Source: a virus
Lineage: Duplodnaviria > Caudoviricetes
Reading direction: 5' to 3' (one strand)
DNA: 51,939 nt
IMG/VR virus record: IMGVR_UViG_3300009603_000019
Span: 1 to 51,939 of that record
The translations under genes and the position numbers were made by a program. The notes below the pieces were generated by a model, which ran no database searches, was not told where the DNA came from, and worked only from the letters and a program-made list of their open reading frames with translations. Of the stretch, positions 1-9,465 are shown one piece after another (the first letter of the stretch is position 1; the number at the start of each line of letters is the position of its first letter).

Positions 1-230
1 AAGAAGTAGGATCTACGTCTGGATCTACAGCCTTAGGAATTAAAGAAGTAGGATCTACGTCTGGATCTACAGCCTTAGGAATTAAAGAAGTGGGATCTAC
101 ATCTGGATCTACGGCCTTGGGAATTAAAGAAGTGGGATCTACATCTGGATCTACGGCCTTGGGAATTAAAGAAGTGGGATCTACATCCCTTCTCGTAGGA
201 ATTAAAGAAGTAGGATCTAGACCTCCTACG
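1..230. repeat. 42-bp coding tandem repeat (about 4 full copies plus degenerate ones) encoding LIPKAVDPDVDPTS on the minus strand
   Basis: Unit aagaagtRggatctacRtctggatctacRgccttRggaatta; variants fall at synonymous positions. Confidence 0.95.
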
Positions 231-2368
231 TCCGTCGGCATTAGAAATCCACTCTGTGCTGCCGACCACGGATGAGTAATACTCTCGGCTTGGCCCATCA
301 TCATACCCGGTGCAGCCCTAAGTCCAACACTTCCCTTTAAATCCCATGCCATGCGATTGTGGTATTCAAAATCTTTTTCGCCATAAATCCTAGGATTTGC
401 TTCTCTCCATTCAGCCACCTGTTGCTGAACCTCTTCGGAAGAACCCTCAAAGCCTGTCAACTCCTCTGGGTCTGCCTCCACACCACTGATCCGATTCATT
501 TCATCAGTGAAACCCTCATCTCCATACATTTCTTGAGCATTTCTCAACGCCGTCTTTTGAGCCTCAGTGAGACTCAACGGCAAAGCATTGATCTTTTCAT
601 CAAGGGCATTCCTTACCCTCATCTTACTCATATGATCTATACGAGCTTGAACCTCATTTCTTTGTACATCACTCAATTGAATTGATTCAAGCTCATATTC
701 TTCAATGTCCTCATTGTTCATAATACGACCCATGAGATCATTAAAATTTGTTTGCTGTAGCGTTACTCTATCAGCATCAGCTTGCACCCTTTCTTGCTCT
801 CTGCTATACGTAGTAAACCGAGCCATTAAATCAGATCGTTGAGAATCGTTTAACTGCATATTCCCTATTTCATACTCAGATACGGCATCCCCACCCATAA
901 AACGAGTGATCAATTCATTATAGTTTTTTACTTCTAGTGCTTCTCTTTCTTTTCTTGTTGCTGTCTCATTTTCTATTCTGAGTCTTTCTGCTTCAGCCTC
1001 TTCCCAATCATCCAATTGTCGTCGTACGTCAGCGCGTTGGGCATCACTCATATCTATATCATTGAGTTCATTCTCTGATATACCGCCCCCATCTCCACCC
1101 ATCAATCTACCAATCAATTCATTATAATTAACATTGCGAGTAGCGTCCCTTCGCTCTGTTTCCTTGCTTGTGATTAGGGCAACCAAGCTATCTTTTTGTG
1201 ACTGACTTAAATTTGATGAAAGTATTTCTGATCGTGTAGGAGCTTCATCGGCATTGATTCGATCTGTATAAGACTGATTCAATTCCAATTGCGTTGCCGC
1301 TCTTCGTTCTGCTTCAATCTCTTCGTTTCTTGTATTAAGAGTTTCCGTCAATTTAGCTTTCTGAGCATCATTAAGATTAACATTCAAACCTATGTCATAC
1401 GCAGTAGCTCTCCCATCTTTTATCGCATTAAGAATTTTATCATAGGCATACGGATCTCGTACAAATGATGACTCTGGGACTTCCTCTTCTCCCGTGGTGT
1501 CAGTTTCTTCAACAACGTCGCTATAGTCCTCACCTTCCGCAAAAGATATTGCATACTCTGAATTGGGATCTTCCATCCAACGCTGTATAGCTTTAGCCAC
1601 TTCAGGATTTTGCATATACAACGCATTAAATCCTATATCTGCATTAGGATCATCTAGAAGAATCCCTTTTAGTCTTCCAAGCTCAGAAGCGTCCGACTGC
1701 TCCTTCGCACTAGCCGCTTCCGACAACCTAGTAGCTTCGGCAGCCTTCTCAGCCCTGCTTGTAACACCCTCATTGTAAAGTGCCGTTAATTCCGCTGTGG
1801 CATTATCACGAAGGTTTAATTCTGCGATAGCGTCTATATCCAACATGCCAGATCGCGCACGTTGCTTAGTATCTTCATATATATGGGGAGGTTGTACTAC
1901 CTTTGACTTATCGACAGTTCTAGCTACTTCTTCATCTGATAATCGATCAAAGGCTTGTCCTCTTGGAATCTCTGCTGTAGGAGGAGCAGTCCCTAAGGCT
2001 GAAGCCATACGGGCGTTATATTCTGCATTAGTCTCGCCGTACGTTGGCCTGTTTATTCTTTTCCATTCGGTTTCGGGATCTTGCGTTGCAGAAGGAATTA
2101 AAGACGTAGGATCATCCCTATCATCTGCTCTAGGGACATTTACTCTAGTAGGAACTTGTGTCATTCTGCCCCCTCCGCTATAAGGGGACTGTACATAAGA
2201 AGTGGGAGTATCCTTATTCTCTCTATCCATCCTTTCCCTAGCCAACCTCTTCTTTTTCTCTTCTTCAGTTTCAAAAGACGCAGAGGTAACTCCATTTTCG
2301 CCGGGAAGGGTAGATCTTGCAGACGCATCCCCGATATAATTTTTTATTGATCTTATTCCCCATGCCAT
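1..2368 (-). CDS. N-terminal part of a giant internal virion/ejection protein; runs off the window start and is absent from the ORF track
   Basis: Manual translation from ATG 2368 (MAWGIRSIKNYIGDASARST...) found no stop codon down to base 2. The frame ends in LIPKAVDPDVDPTS repeats, which also precede ORF 48024..51722 in frame. Confidence 0.85.
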   Translation of the reverse strand, partial: MAWGIRSIKNYIGDASARSTLPGENGVTSASFETEEEKKKRLARERMDRENKDTPTSYVQSPYSGGGRMTQVPTRVNVPRADDRDDPTSLIPSATQDPETEWKRINRPTYGETNAEYNARMASALGTAPPTAEIPRGQAFDRLSDEEVARTVDKSKVVQPPHIYEDTKQRARSGMLDIDAIAELNLRDNATAELTALYNEGVTSRAEKAAEATRLSEAASAKEQSDASELGRLKGILLDDPNADIGFNALYMQNPEVAKAIQRWMEDPNSEYAISFAEGEDYSDVVEETDTTGEEEVPESSFVRDPYAYDKILNAIKDGRATAYDIGLNVNLNDAQKAKLTETLNTRNEEIEAERRAATQLELNQSYTDRINADEAPTRSEILSSNLSQSQKDSLVALITSKETERRDATRNVNYNELIGRLMGGDGGGISENELNDIDMSDAQRADVRRQLDDWEEAEAERLRIENETATRKEREALEVKNYNELITRFMGGDAVSEYEIGNMQLNDSQRSDLMARFTTYSREQERVQADADRVTLQQTNFNDLMGRIMNNEDIEEYELESIQLSDVQRNEVQARIDHMSKMRVRNALDEKINALPLSLTEAQKTALRNAQEMYGDEGFTDEMNRISGVEADPEELTGFEGSSEEVQQQVAEWREANPRIYGEKDFEYHNRMAWDLKGSVGLRAAPGMMMGQAESITHPWSAAQSGFLMPTDVGGLDPTSLIPTRRDVDPTSLIPKAVDPDVDPTSLIPKAVDPDVDPTSLIPKAVDPDVDPTSLIPKAVDPDVDPTS

Positions 2369-2400
2369 TATATAAACCCCTTGTCAAACAACTTTTGATA

Positions 2401-2607
2401 TTAATTCGCTATTACATCCTGCTCTTCGCTGCTATGCCCGTTCTTTAACTCAGTTAACCCAGTCAAAGCTCCATCCTGACGATCAATCATCTTACGCAAA
2501 TTCATTACCGCACTCTCTGCTTCTTGCAATCTCTCTACAACTTCCTTTCTATTCTGTGTAATTTCTTCAATCTTCTCATCGATGCTCTCCATCGTCACTT
2601 CAGACAT
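2401..2607 (-). CDS. Small acidic coiled-coil protein
   Basis: 68 aa, heptad-like, GGAG RBS upstream. Confidence 0.75.
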   Translation of the reverse strand: MSEVTMESIDEKIEEITQNRKEVVERLQEAESAVMNLRKMIDRQDGALTGLTELKNGHSSEEQDVIAN

Positions 2608-2616
2608 GATACACTC

Positions 2617-2847
2617 CTATGTGTGTTTGGCAACGAATTGCCTTACTGCGTTTATTATGGATGATAGTCCTGCCACCACATAGGGAACCGTATCGGGCGC
2701 AGTGAGTGCGCTTGGCATATAACCAAAATCGACAATAATCGAATAGGCTACAGCCCCTACCCCACCGATTGCTACTCCCTTAGTTGTCTTTGATACTTCC
2801 TTCTTCCCAAATCCTATGCTAACATTATTTTTTATAAAATTCTTCAT
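2617..2847 (-). CDS. Small membrane protein, holin-like (start re-called to ATG 2847)
   Basis: Two hydrophobic segments and a basic N-terminus; lies just downstream of the 2850..3263 stop. Confidence 0.5.
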   Translation of the reverse strand: MKNFIKNNVSIGFGKKEVSKTTKGVAIGGVGAVAYSIIVDFGYMPSALTAPDTVPYVVAGLSSIINAVRQFVAKHT

Positions 2848-2849
2848 GT

Positions 2850-3263
2850 CTATTCTGCTCCGTAATAACTCCGCGCTACCCACGCAAAAGTTGTCGTTGC
2901 GAACCAGCATACGGCCCCATAAAAAATCTCAGACTCCATCAAAAACGGAGGGAGAGGCGATCCATAGTGTTGCATGGCTTGCCACGTGAGGGTCACGCAT
3001 CCAATGGCGGCACCCGACCAGCCAGCCGTAGATTTCAGCTTTTCTGACGCCGCTTGCTTACGTGAAATAACATCCATCTTGCGGACAAGCTGACGTTTCT
3101 CTTTTTTTAATTCTTCTGCCTCAAGACGTCTATCCCGCGTTATAGACTCCATTGCGTGTAGATTACGCTGAAGTTCTTTTTTCTCCGCGAGGAGCCTGTC
3201 TACTTCGACCCTGCACTCCGCAAAGGTGGCAATATCTTTGCTCGATTCTGGGCGTGGCATCAC
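2850..3263 (-). CDS. Coiled-coil protein with two C-terminal hydrophobic helices
   Basis: 137 aa; charged helix followed by AGWSGAAIGCVTLTW and IFYGAVCWFATTTFAWV. Confidence 0.7.
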   Translation of the reverse strand: MMPRPESSKDIATFAECRVEVDRLLAEKKELQRNLHAMESITRDRRLEAEELKKEKRQLVRKMDVISRKQAASEKLKSTAGWSGAAIGCVTLTWQAMQHYGSPLPPFLMESEIFYGAVCWFATTTFAWVARSYYGAE

Positions 3264-3676
3264 TCATCTTTCCTCTTGCCATTTGGTCCTTCCGACCATC
3301 GCCAGTAATCCTCAGACTCCAGATTTTCCAGCGGCTTCTCAATCCGCATATCTTTGAGTGCTGTATTCGGGACTGCCAACTTGGTTCCACCAACCGCAAT
3401 GCCATCCCGATAACTAGTCAAATAAAAAACTGTTTTAGTAAGTCCCACTCTTGCTATTCTACCGGGACGCCCGTCAACGATGACTACATCGTCTTCGTCG
3501 TAATCGGTGCCAAAAAATACTTGTAACCCCGCTACGCCATTTTCGATACTCGACTTGAACAGCAGCAGCGCAAACGCGATTACCGCAATCCAAGAATATT
3601 CGCTTACAAGATTCGCAACGCCACTTTGCTCACCAAATTTTGTAAGTGCCGCAGTTGCGTCAGTATCCACGTCCAT
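3260..3676 (-). CDS. MscS (small-conductance mechanosensitive channel) beta-domain-like membrane protein
   Basis: TM helix followed by SSIENGVAGLQVFFGTDYDEDDVVIVDGRPGRIARVGLTKTVF...VPN, which matches the MscS pattern N..aG......f..GD.I.i....G.V..igl..T...vPN. Confidence 0.65.
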   Translation of the reverse strand: MDVDTDATAALTKFGEQSGVANLVSEYSWIAVIAFALLLFKSSIENGVAGLQVFFGTDYDEDDVVIVDGRPGRIARVGLTKTVFYLTSYRDGIAVGGTKLAVPNTALKDMRIEKPLENLESEDYWRWSEGPNGKRKDE

Positions 3677-3776
3677 CTTTTCGACGCTGGACAGCGGCCC
3701 AAATCACAAGCGCACTCATCCACAGAATGGCCGATCCCAGCATGAAAATTATCACCGCTTCGCAGGTGTGAGTCAT
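3660..3776 (-). CDS. Tiny single-TM peptide (38 aa)
   Basis: MTHTCEAVIIFMLGSAILWMSALVIWAAVQRRKDGRGY; fills a gap in the minus-strand operon. Confidence 0.4.
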   Translation of the reverse strand: MTHTCEAVIIFMLGSAILWMSALVIWAAVQRRKDGRGY

Positions 3777-3842
3777 GGCCGCATCATCCACCGAAGAAGG
3801 CGAATAAATGGGCGTAGAAGACGGTCAAGAATTGGAGTAAGC

Positions 3843-3980
3843 CTAATAACCCTTAGTCCGTGCTTTAGCTTTGGGTTTTTTGGCTTGCTTCATTGGCTTG
3901 CCCGTGCGTTTGGCTTCCTTCTTAGCCGCCGCTACGCCTTTTTTACTGTAGCTATAAGTCTTGCTTCCTACTTTAGGCAT
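3843..3980 (-). CDS. Small basic protein (45 aa), paralog of 19394..19522
   Basis: MPKVGSKTYSYSKKGVAAAKKEAKRTGKPMKQAKKPKAKARTKGY; GGAG RBS. Confidence 0.75.
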   Translation of the reverse strand: MPKVGSKTYSYSKKGVAAAKKEAKRTGKPMKQAKKPKAKARTKGY

Positions 3981-4049
3981 GATCAGGTTCTCCGTGGTTT
4001 AATTACCGTAACGGTAATCCCCAATGCCGCGAAGATACTCGCAAGGAAT

Positions 4050-4259
4050 CTACGCATCGTCAGTTACCTTGCCGTTAGTCGATGTGAGGGCCGTAAGAAT
4101 ATCCCGCTGCCCAACGCATCGCTGGTAGATCGGGTCGTTGGCCGCGAGGACGTTTAAACGCTCTTGCATCTGAGCCTCGACTATCGCCAGTTGCTGCTCT
4201 GGCGTCGTCGTCTGGGGCTGAGACTCGGTGACTTCTTCTTCGATTGCTTCGGTTTCCAT
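4050..4259 (-). CDS. Hypothetical protein
   Basis: 69 aa; start overlaps the tail-fibre stop; GGAGG upstream. Confidence 0.7.
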   Translation of the reverse strand: METEAIEEEVTESQPQTTTPEQQLAIVEAQMQERLNVLAANDPIYQRCVGQRDILTALTSTNGKVTDDA

Positions 4260-7200
4260 TATACGGCCTCCAATACGGCAACTTTAGCGGACAATTCTTG
4301 GACTGCGGCAACTAAATACATATGCAAATCATGCGGCGTATAAGTTTTTAGATCAGTCATCAGTGTCTCAGATATTTCCTCAGTTCTGACATCGCCAACG
4401 GCCTTGTCATTAGGTATGTCGTTATCACCGGCCCGATACAGTACGGCAGGGGTGGTCTTGACCAGATCGCCGCCCACTGATACGGCATCGGGAAATACTG
4501 TTGCGTACTCTTCTGCAATGAAGGAGTTATACGTTTTTGTGCCGTCGATCTCGTCGTGAGCCGATAGATATTGGTCCGTATACCGAAAACTTACTGGGCG
4601 CAAACTATTGATTTTCGCCAATGCTCCCGAAATCGTCTGAACACTGGTTTTGATGCGACTGTCTGAGGTATCTGTCCATGCGGTACCGGTACTCAATCCC
4701 GCAGTACCCGTGACTGTAATAGCGGGTGACGCGGATGCGTTTATCCGCATCCGCTCTACTGAGCTATACACACCCGCTGGTACTGTTCTAAACGCTAAAT
4801 ACGTCGGTAGATTGTCGTCAGACCAATCAGCAGCCGCAAACGCTTTAAATTCAGCCCCATAATAAAAATAACCATTATCGGGCCAAGCTCCTGCAAAGCC
4901 AATCTGCCCTAAGCCGTCACCCGATTCTGGGTACGCCAAAGTACCCACGGTAGCACTGCGTGATTTTTGTAAGATTAGTGAGCATGGATTAGTGTCAGCA
5001 CTATAAAGAGTCATTATTGCTGACGGCCACGCTGTAGTCGCTAAGTCGAGCTTCGCGGCTGAGACTCCCGAATTATTAGTTCTGGCGGTAGTATTTATAA
5101 GAAACCCTCCACTACCTGATACCGCAGGTAGCAAGATGGCATTGGAATTATCATAGTAGAGATCCGCATCGCCACCCGTGCCGAGCGTGACTTTTGCATT
5201 ATCGACAAACGTCATATCGCCCGATATAGTCGAGGTGCTGGATAGTGTCATCGACCCCGTCACTGCCAGCGTCGAGCCGTCGAAGGTCAGGTTGGCCTCG
5301 ACATCAGCTACAGAAGAGCTTGCGTAAGTGGCTACACCATTCGCCGTACTACCATTAAAGGAGATGCCGCTACTGGGCAATGCCTCCCAAGCTGGTGGTA
5401 GATTAGCACCTGCGGAAGTTAAGACTTGACCGTCAGACCCATAATTTGCACCTCCAATACCTATCTCGCCTTGACTGGTAAACCTAAACTTCTCCGTAGC
5501 CGCTTCAGAATGTCCAGTATAAAAAATTATATCTGTCGCATTAGAGCTAGCACTAAAAGTGCTTTGTGCAACAGCTTGGATAGAGGCCGCTACCGCAATT
5601 GCATCTGTTCCTGTCTCATGCGGAGCTTGAAAGTCTATTTTCCCCAAAACATCATTGGCATTAATGTCTGTCAAAGAAGTGGCCAACAAAAGTTTGCCCG
5701 TGCTAGTCGTTGCATCTGCTGAAGCACCCATAATACGAAGCTGATCGGCACTCTCGTCCCACTCCATGTAAGCTCCTGCAGAATCTCCAAAAAACTTTAC
5801 ATCTTTTCCTGTGCCATCAACTCCTACGGTAACCGTTCCAGTAAAAGTCTTATTGGCAGTGAAAGTCTGCACTACACCAAGGTGAGCAGTATCGTCGTCA
5901 AGATACGCAGAGGCCACTTTCGTGCCTTGCCAAGTGCCTGTACCAATTGTACCTACGGTAGCAATACTACTACTGCCAGCTATAGGGCCATATATAGATC
6001 CTATAGCCGTATCGCCAATCGTTATAGCATCCGCTTCAAGAGTTCCATCTACGTCAATATTACCTGCAAGGTCTATGTGTCCCGGTATCGTGACTATACT
6101 TGCACTGCCATTGCCTATAGTCACATCCACTTCGTCTTCAGCACTGCCATCTTCAATAAGGAGTCCTTGATTTAGCTCTGCATCATGTGAAGCTACAGAA
6201 AACTTTATTTGACCTCCTTCCTGTCCAGCAGTAGCTGTCTCAACAATACCTTCAATCTTAGCAAACTCTTCGTGGGTAGCTTCCCCTGCATCTGTCCCAT
6301 AGAAGGAAATAGTACCCATGACATCACTGTCGTCACCACTAGCAGAATCTTTTGAGAATTGAATAATTCCAGCCGTAGCACCAGCATGGGTATTTTTAAG
6401 CTCTATCTTAGGAAGATTTGCGGAAGTCGAAGTGGCAGTAAGGATATCACTGGCAAAGGTCAAGGTGGATGCAACAATGGCAGAAGAGCTACTGCCATAA
6501 GTAACCATACCATCAGCAGTAGACCCACTAAAAGAAATGCCACCTCCTACTCCAGATGCCTCCCAAGCAGGAACGGCTCCTGCTCCTGTTCCCGTTAGCA
6601 CATATCCATCTGCACCAGAAGCAAGTCGAGCAAGAAAACCAGAGCTATCACGATAGTAGAGATCTCCAGTAGCATCGGTTGATCCATTTATTGCAATGCC
6701 AGCATTGGCAAAGACCAAGTCATCTGCCGATTCGTCCCAAGTAAGACTGGATGATGCGGTATCTCCATAGAAGATTACATCCTTACCAGTTCCATCTACA
6801 CCTACGGTGACTGTCCCTGTGAATGTTTTATCACCAGTAAATGTTTGAGTAGTTGAAAGATGTGCCGTATCCGCATCGAGATAAGCAGAGGCTACTGCTG
6901 TTCCTTGCCATGTTCCCGTTCCTATAGTCCCCACAGTAGCGATATTAGTACCGCCAACGCTATGACTAGCGAAGTAAGTGCTAACCGTATCTACATTGGT
7001 CATACGCATCGTACCTGCGTCATTGACCAACAACCCATCACCAGAAGCTACCGCAGTCGTCCCCCTAGACGTTCCACCATCTATTAGATTCAATTCAGCG
7101 GTAGTAACCGTAGCCCCATCCAGTATTTCCAGTTCAGCTTCGGTGATTACAGCAGATCCAATAGTAAAACCTGTTGCCGTCACCACCCCACTGCTGGTAA

Positions 7201-7897
7201 TAGCTCCAGACCCTATAGTGCCTATAGTGGCAATATTTTTTGAAGCGTCTAAGACCACAGCTTTTGAAGCTGCCGCAGTACCGGCAGTTATACCGTCCAA
7301 CATCTCTAACTCAGCTTCACTTATTGCCGCACTACCTACTGTCAAAGCACCAAAAACACCTGTTCCCGTAACGGTAAGGCCTCCACCAATAGTAGCATTG
7401 GTTCCAATAGCCACCGTGGTAGTTGTCATCGTTATAGCTGTAGAGTTAACTACAAGGGGAGTTACTGAAGAAGCATTAGCTATCGTGGAAAAACGCCACT
7501 CCGAATCCTCTGAAGAGGCTGAGGCATCCGTCATCTTTAGGTCTACATAACCTATAGCCGTAGCGGCACCACCCGCATCATCTGCGGTAAAAGTTAATCT
7601 CAATCCATCATTATTTGCAGGAGTTCCAGACGATGGATTGATCTCAAACTTAGCTACCTCACGCAATCCTCCAGCCGCCGCAGACGTTGTGCTGAATGTT
7701 TTTAGACCCGTAATAGTCTGAGCAATAGATTTTCCTACGATACCATCACTACCTGAAGTATCGACATTGGCTTCATCTATATTGGTTGCCTCAAGGAATG
7801 TCCTAATATTAGTAATCCAATCCTTGAGAGGAGCCGCCTTGATTTCTGCTCCAGCTACAGGTAGCGTTGAGTCACTAGGAACTGTAATCGTTGCCAT
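4259..7897 (-). CDS. Tail fibre with C-terminal intramolecular chaperone (Peptidase S74-like)
   Basis: 1212 aa, Gly/Ser/Thr/Ala-rich, internal duplicated blocks; C-terminal WTDTSDSRIKTSV...LRPVSFRY...FIAEE...LVAAVQELSAKV. Confidence 0.88.
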   Translation of the reverse strand: MATITVPSDSTLPVAGAEIKAAPLKDWITNIRTFLEATNIDEANVDTSGSDGIVGKSIAQTITGLKTFSTTSAAAGGLREVAKFEINPSSGTPANNDGLRLTFTADDAGGAATAIGYVDLKMTDASASSEDSEWRFSTIANASSVTPLVVNSTAITMTTTTVAIGTNATIGGGLTVTGTGVFGALTVGSAAISEAELEMLDGITAGTAAASKAVVLDASKNIATIGTIGSGAITSSGVVTATGFTIGSAVITEAELEILDGATVTTAELNLIDGGTSRGTTAVASGDGLLVNDAGTMRMTNVDTVSTYFASHSVGGTNIATVGTIGTGTWQGTAVASAYLDADTAHLSTTQTFTGDKTFTGTVTVGVDGTGKDVIFYGDTASSSLTWDESADDLVFANAGIAINGSTDATGDLYYRDSSGFLARLASGADGYVLTGTGAGAVPAWEASGVGGGISFSGSTADGMVTYGSSSSAIVASTLTFASDILTATSTSANLPKIELKNTHAGATAGIIQFSKDSASGDDSDVMGTISFYGTDAGEATHEEFAKIEGIVETATAGQEGGQIKFSVASHDAELNQGLLIEDGSAEDEVDVTIGNGSASIVTIPGHIDLAGNIDVDGTLEADAITIGDTAIGSIYGPIAGSSSIATVGTIGTGTWQGTKVASAYLDDDTAHLGVVQTFTANKTFTGTVTVGVDGTGKDVKFFGDSAGAYMEWDESADQLRIMGASADATTSTGKLLLATSLTDINANDVLGKIDFQAPHETGTDAIAVAASIQAVAQSTFSASSNATDIIFYTGHSEAATEKFRFTSQGEIGIGGANYGSDGQVLTSAGANLPPAWEALPSSGISFNGSTANGVATYASSSVADVEANLTFDGSTLAVTGSMTLSSTSTISGDMTFVDNAKVTLGTGGDADLYYDNSNAILLPAVSGSGGFLINTTARTNNSGVSAAKLDLATTAWPSAIMTLYSADTNPCSLILQKSRSATVGTLAYPESGDGLGQIGFAGAWPDNGYFYYGAEFKAFAAADWSDDNLPTYLAFRTVPAGVYSSVERMRINASASPAITVTGTAGLSTGTAWTDTSDSRIKTSVQTISGALAKINSLRPVSFRYTDQYLSAHDEIDGTKTYNSFIAEEYATVFPDAVSVGGDLVKTTPAVLYRAGDNDIPNDKAVGDVRTEEISETLMTDLKTYTPHDLHMYLVAAVQELSAKVAVLEAV

Positions 7898-9462
7898 TAT
7901 AATACCCCTTGACCACTTATAGAATATTCCACTTGGTAGCCCATTAATTCTGCTGGATTAGAACCCGTTATTTCTAGTTGTATATTTTCTGCTGTTCTAT
8001 TTATCGAAAAAAGAGCCTTATTAGCTCTTTCATCTGGAAATAAAAGGCCTGAATCGTATTCATAATCATCATCGTATACGTAATCGGTTCCTATTGTAAG
8101 TGTCTTTTCCTTGGTACCCCTAACCCCTTGATCGCGTTTTAAGGTGACTCCTATGGTCGATAAGACGCCCGTATTCTTGTAGTATATAATAATAGTCTTT
8201 ATAATCTTAGATGTGCCGGGAGATCCCAAATCATTAGGTGCCGTTTCATATGTATAACTGTAATTGGTGGAATCGTCATCGGTTCCTGTATTGCCCTTAT
8301 ATACATAACCCGTACTATAAGATCCTAAGAAATCAAACTCAGAGTCACTGACAAAAAAATTACTTATAACATTGAGAGAGGCCGTATATGATTCGATCTG
8401 TATTTCATTAGTCTCCCAATCCCATACAAGAACTTGATCATGTCCAGTGCTATTGGACGTAGAAGACATAAGAACTCTTACCTGATGATCTTTCTCTCTT
8501 ACAGTAGATACAGCATATTGAAGCCTTGCCAAATTAAACTTAGATTGAAAGTCGATCTCTCTCGTCACAACCCTGTATTGCATGTCAGGTGTTATAACAA
8601 AAGCTCCTTCTGTGGCTATCCCAAAGATAAATTCTGGACGAACGATAATACTCATCTTTGAAACTGGAGAAAAGCCCCTCATTGTATTGCCGGGAACATA
8701 TTCCAATGCCCCTACATGATATACAATGTCTCCTATATACGCCCCGTCTTTCTTGAAGATAAAGACCTTATCCCACGCAGAAGCACCAGCTACTATATCG
8801 GTACCTCCAGCATCAACCTCAAACCTGTTGTTATCTAAGACCCTGTCTATATCTACACCAAAAGTATCCGTATTTACGTCACACCAGTAAAGTCTTGTCG
8901 GATACTTGGTGCTGCTTATCGTCGGAGCTATGAATAGTAGTACGTTCTTATGAACTATAAGATCTTCACAGGTAGCTAGGACTACAGGCGCAGTAGTCAT
9001 AGCAACCGCACTATTAGACGTGTTCCCATCCCACGTCCAAATGTTATTTGTTCCATTTACCGCTATTAACTTGCTGTCTAAATAGGCAAATCTATGTCTT
9101 CCCTCTGCTCCTGCATTCAGCGTCACTGAGCCAGTCAGATCTGTCCTTGTAGTTCCGTTGTCGGCAAATATTTTTGTAGTCGTAGTATAGACATTACGCA
9201 ACCCCTGAGTGCCTATAAGCTGATGCCTGAACCCAGTTAGTGCAGGAGATCCACTTATCTGACTGGTATTGTATTTTGCATACCCGCTTCTTCGTCTTGC
9301 CATTCTTTGTTCGGACAAGTCTATATTGTCCATTACAATAGCAGATTCTGGACCCAAATCTGGAGACGGGTAGTTGTGGACATCCTTAAGACCCCTGAAC
9401 ATAAAAATTTGGGATCGCTGAAGATCAGGAAATACACGGGGTTCTGGTAATGCTACAGTCAT
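7897..9462 (-). CDS. Tail stabilisation/nozzle protein (P22 gp10 / tail tubular B-like)
   Basis: 521 aa, beta-rich; lies between adaptor and fibre; N-terminal FRGL...P..ES..MDNID pattern. Confidence 0.65.
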   Translation of the reverse strand: MTVALPEPRVFPDLQRSQIFMFRGLKDVHNYPSPDLGPESAIVMDNIDLSEQRMARRRSGYAKYNTSQISGSPALTGFRHQLIGTQGLRNVYTTTTKIFADNGTTRTDLTGSVTLNAGAEGRHRFAYLDSKLIAVNGTNNIWTWDGNTSNSAVAMTTAPVVLATCEDLIVHKNVLLFIAPTISSTKYPTRLYWCDVNTDTFGVDIDRVLDNNRFEVDAGGTDIVAGASAWDKVFIFKKDGAYIGDIVYHVGALEYVPGNTMRGFSPVSKMSIIVRPEFIFGIATEGAFVITPDMQYRVVTREIDFQSKFNLARLQYAVSTVREKDHQVRVLMSSTSNSTGHDQVLVWDWETNEIQIESYTASLNVISNFFVSDSEFDFLGSYSTGYVYKGNTGTDDDSTNYSYTYETAPNDLGSPGTSKIIKTIIIYYKNTGVLSTIGVTLKRDQGVRGTKEKTLTIGTDYVYDDDYEYDSGLLFPDERANKALFSINRTAENIQLEITGSNPAELMGYQVEYSISGQGVL

Positions 9463-9465
9463 ATA

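Noticed and set aside
1-230. 42-bp repeats at both ends as a CRISPR array or terminal repeats
   Set aside because: There are no unique spacers, the unit length is a multiple of 3, variants are synonymous, and the repeats lie in frame within a long ORF.
75-2350. Short ORFs listed in 75-2350
   Set aside because: They are antisense or out-of-frame shadows of the continuous minus-strand ORF starting at 2368.
2367-2387. Minus-strand TTGACA...TATAAT promoter before the giant ORF
   Set aside because: The boxes are only 9 nt apart and the TATAAT overlaps the start codon.
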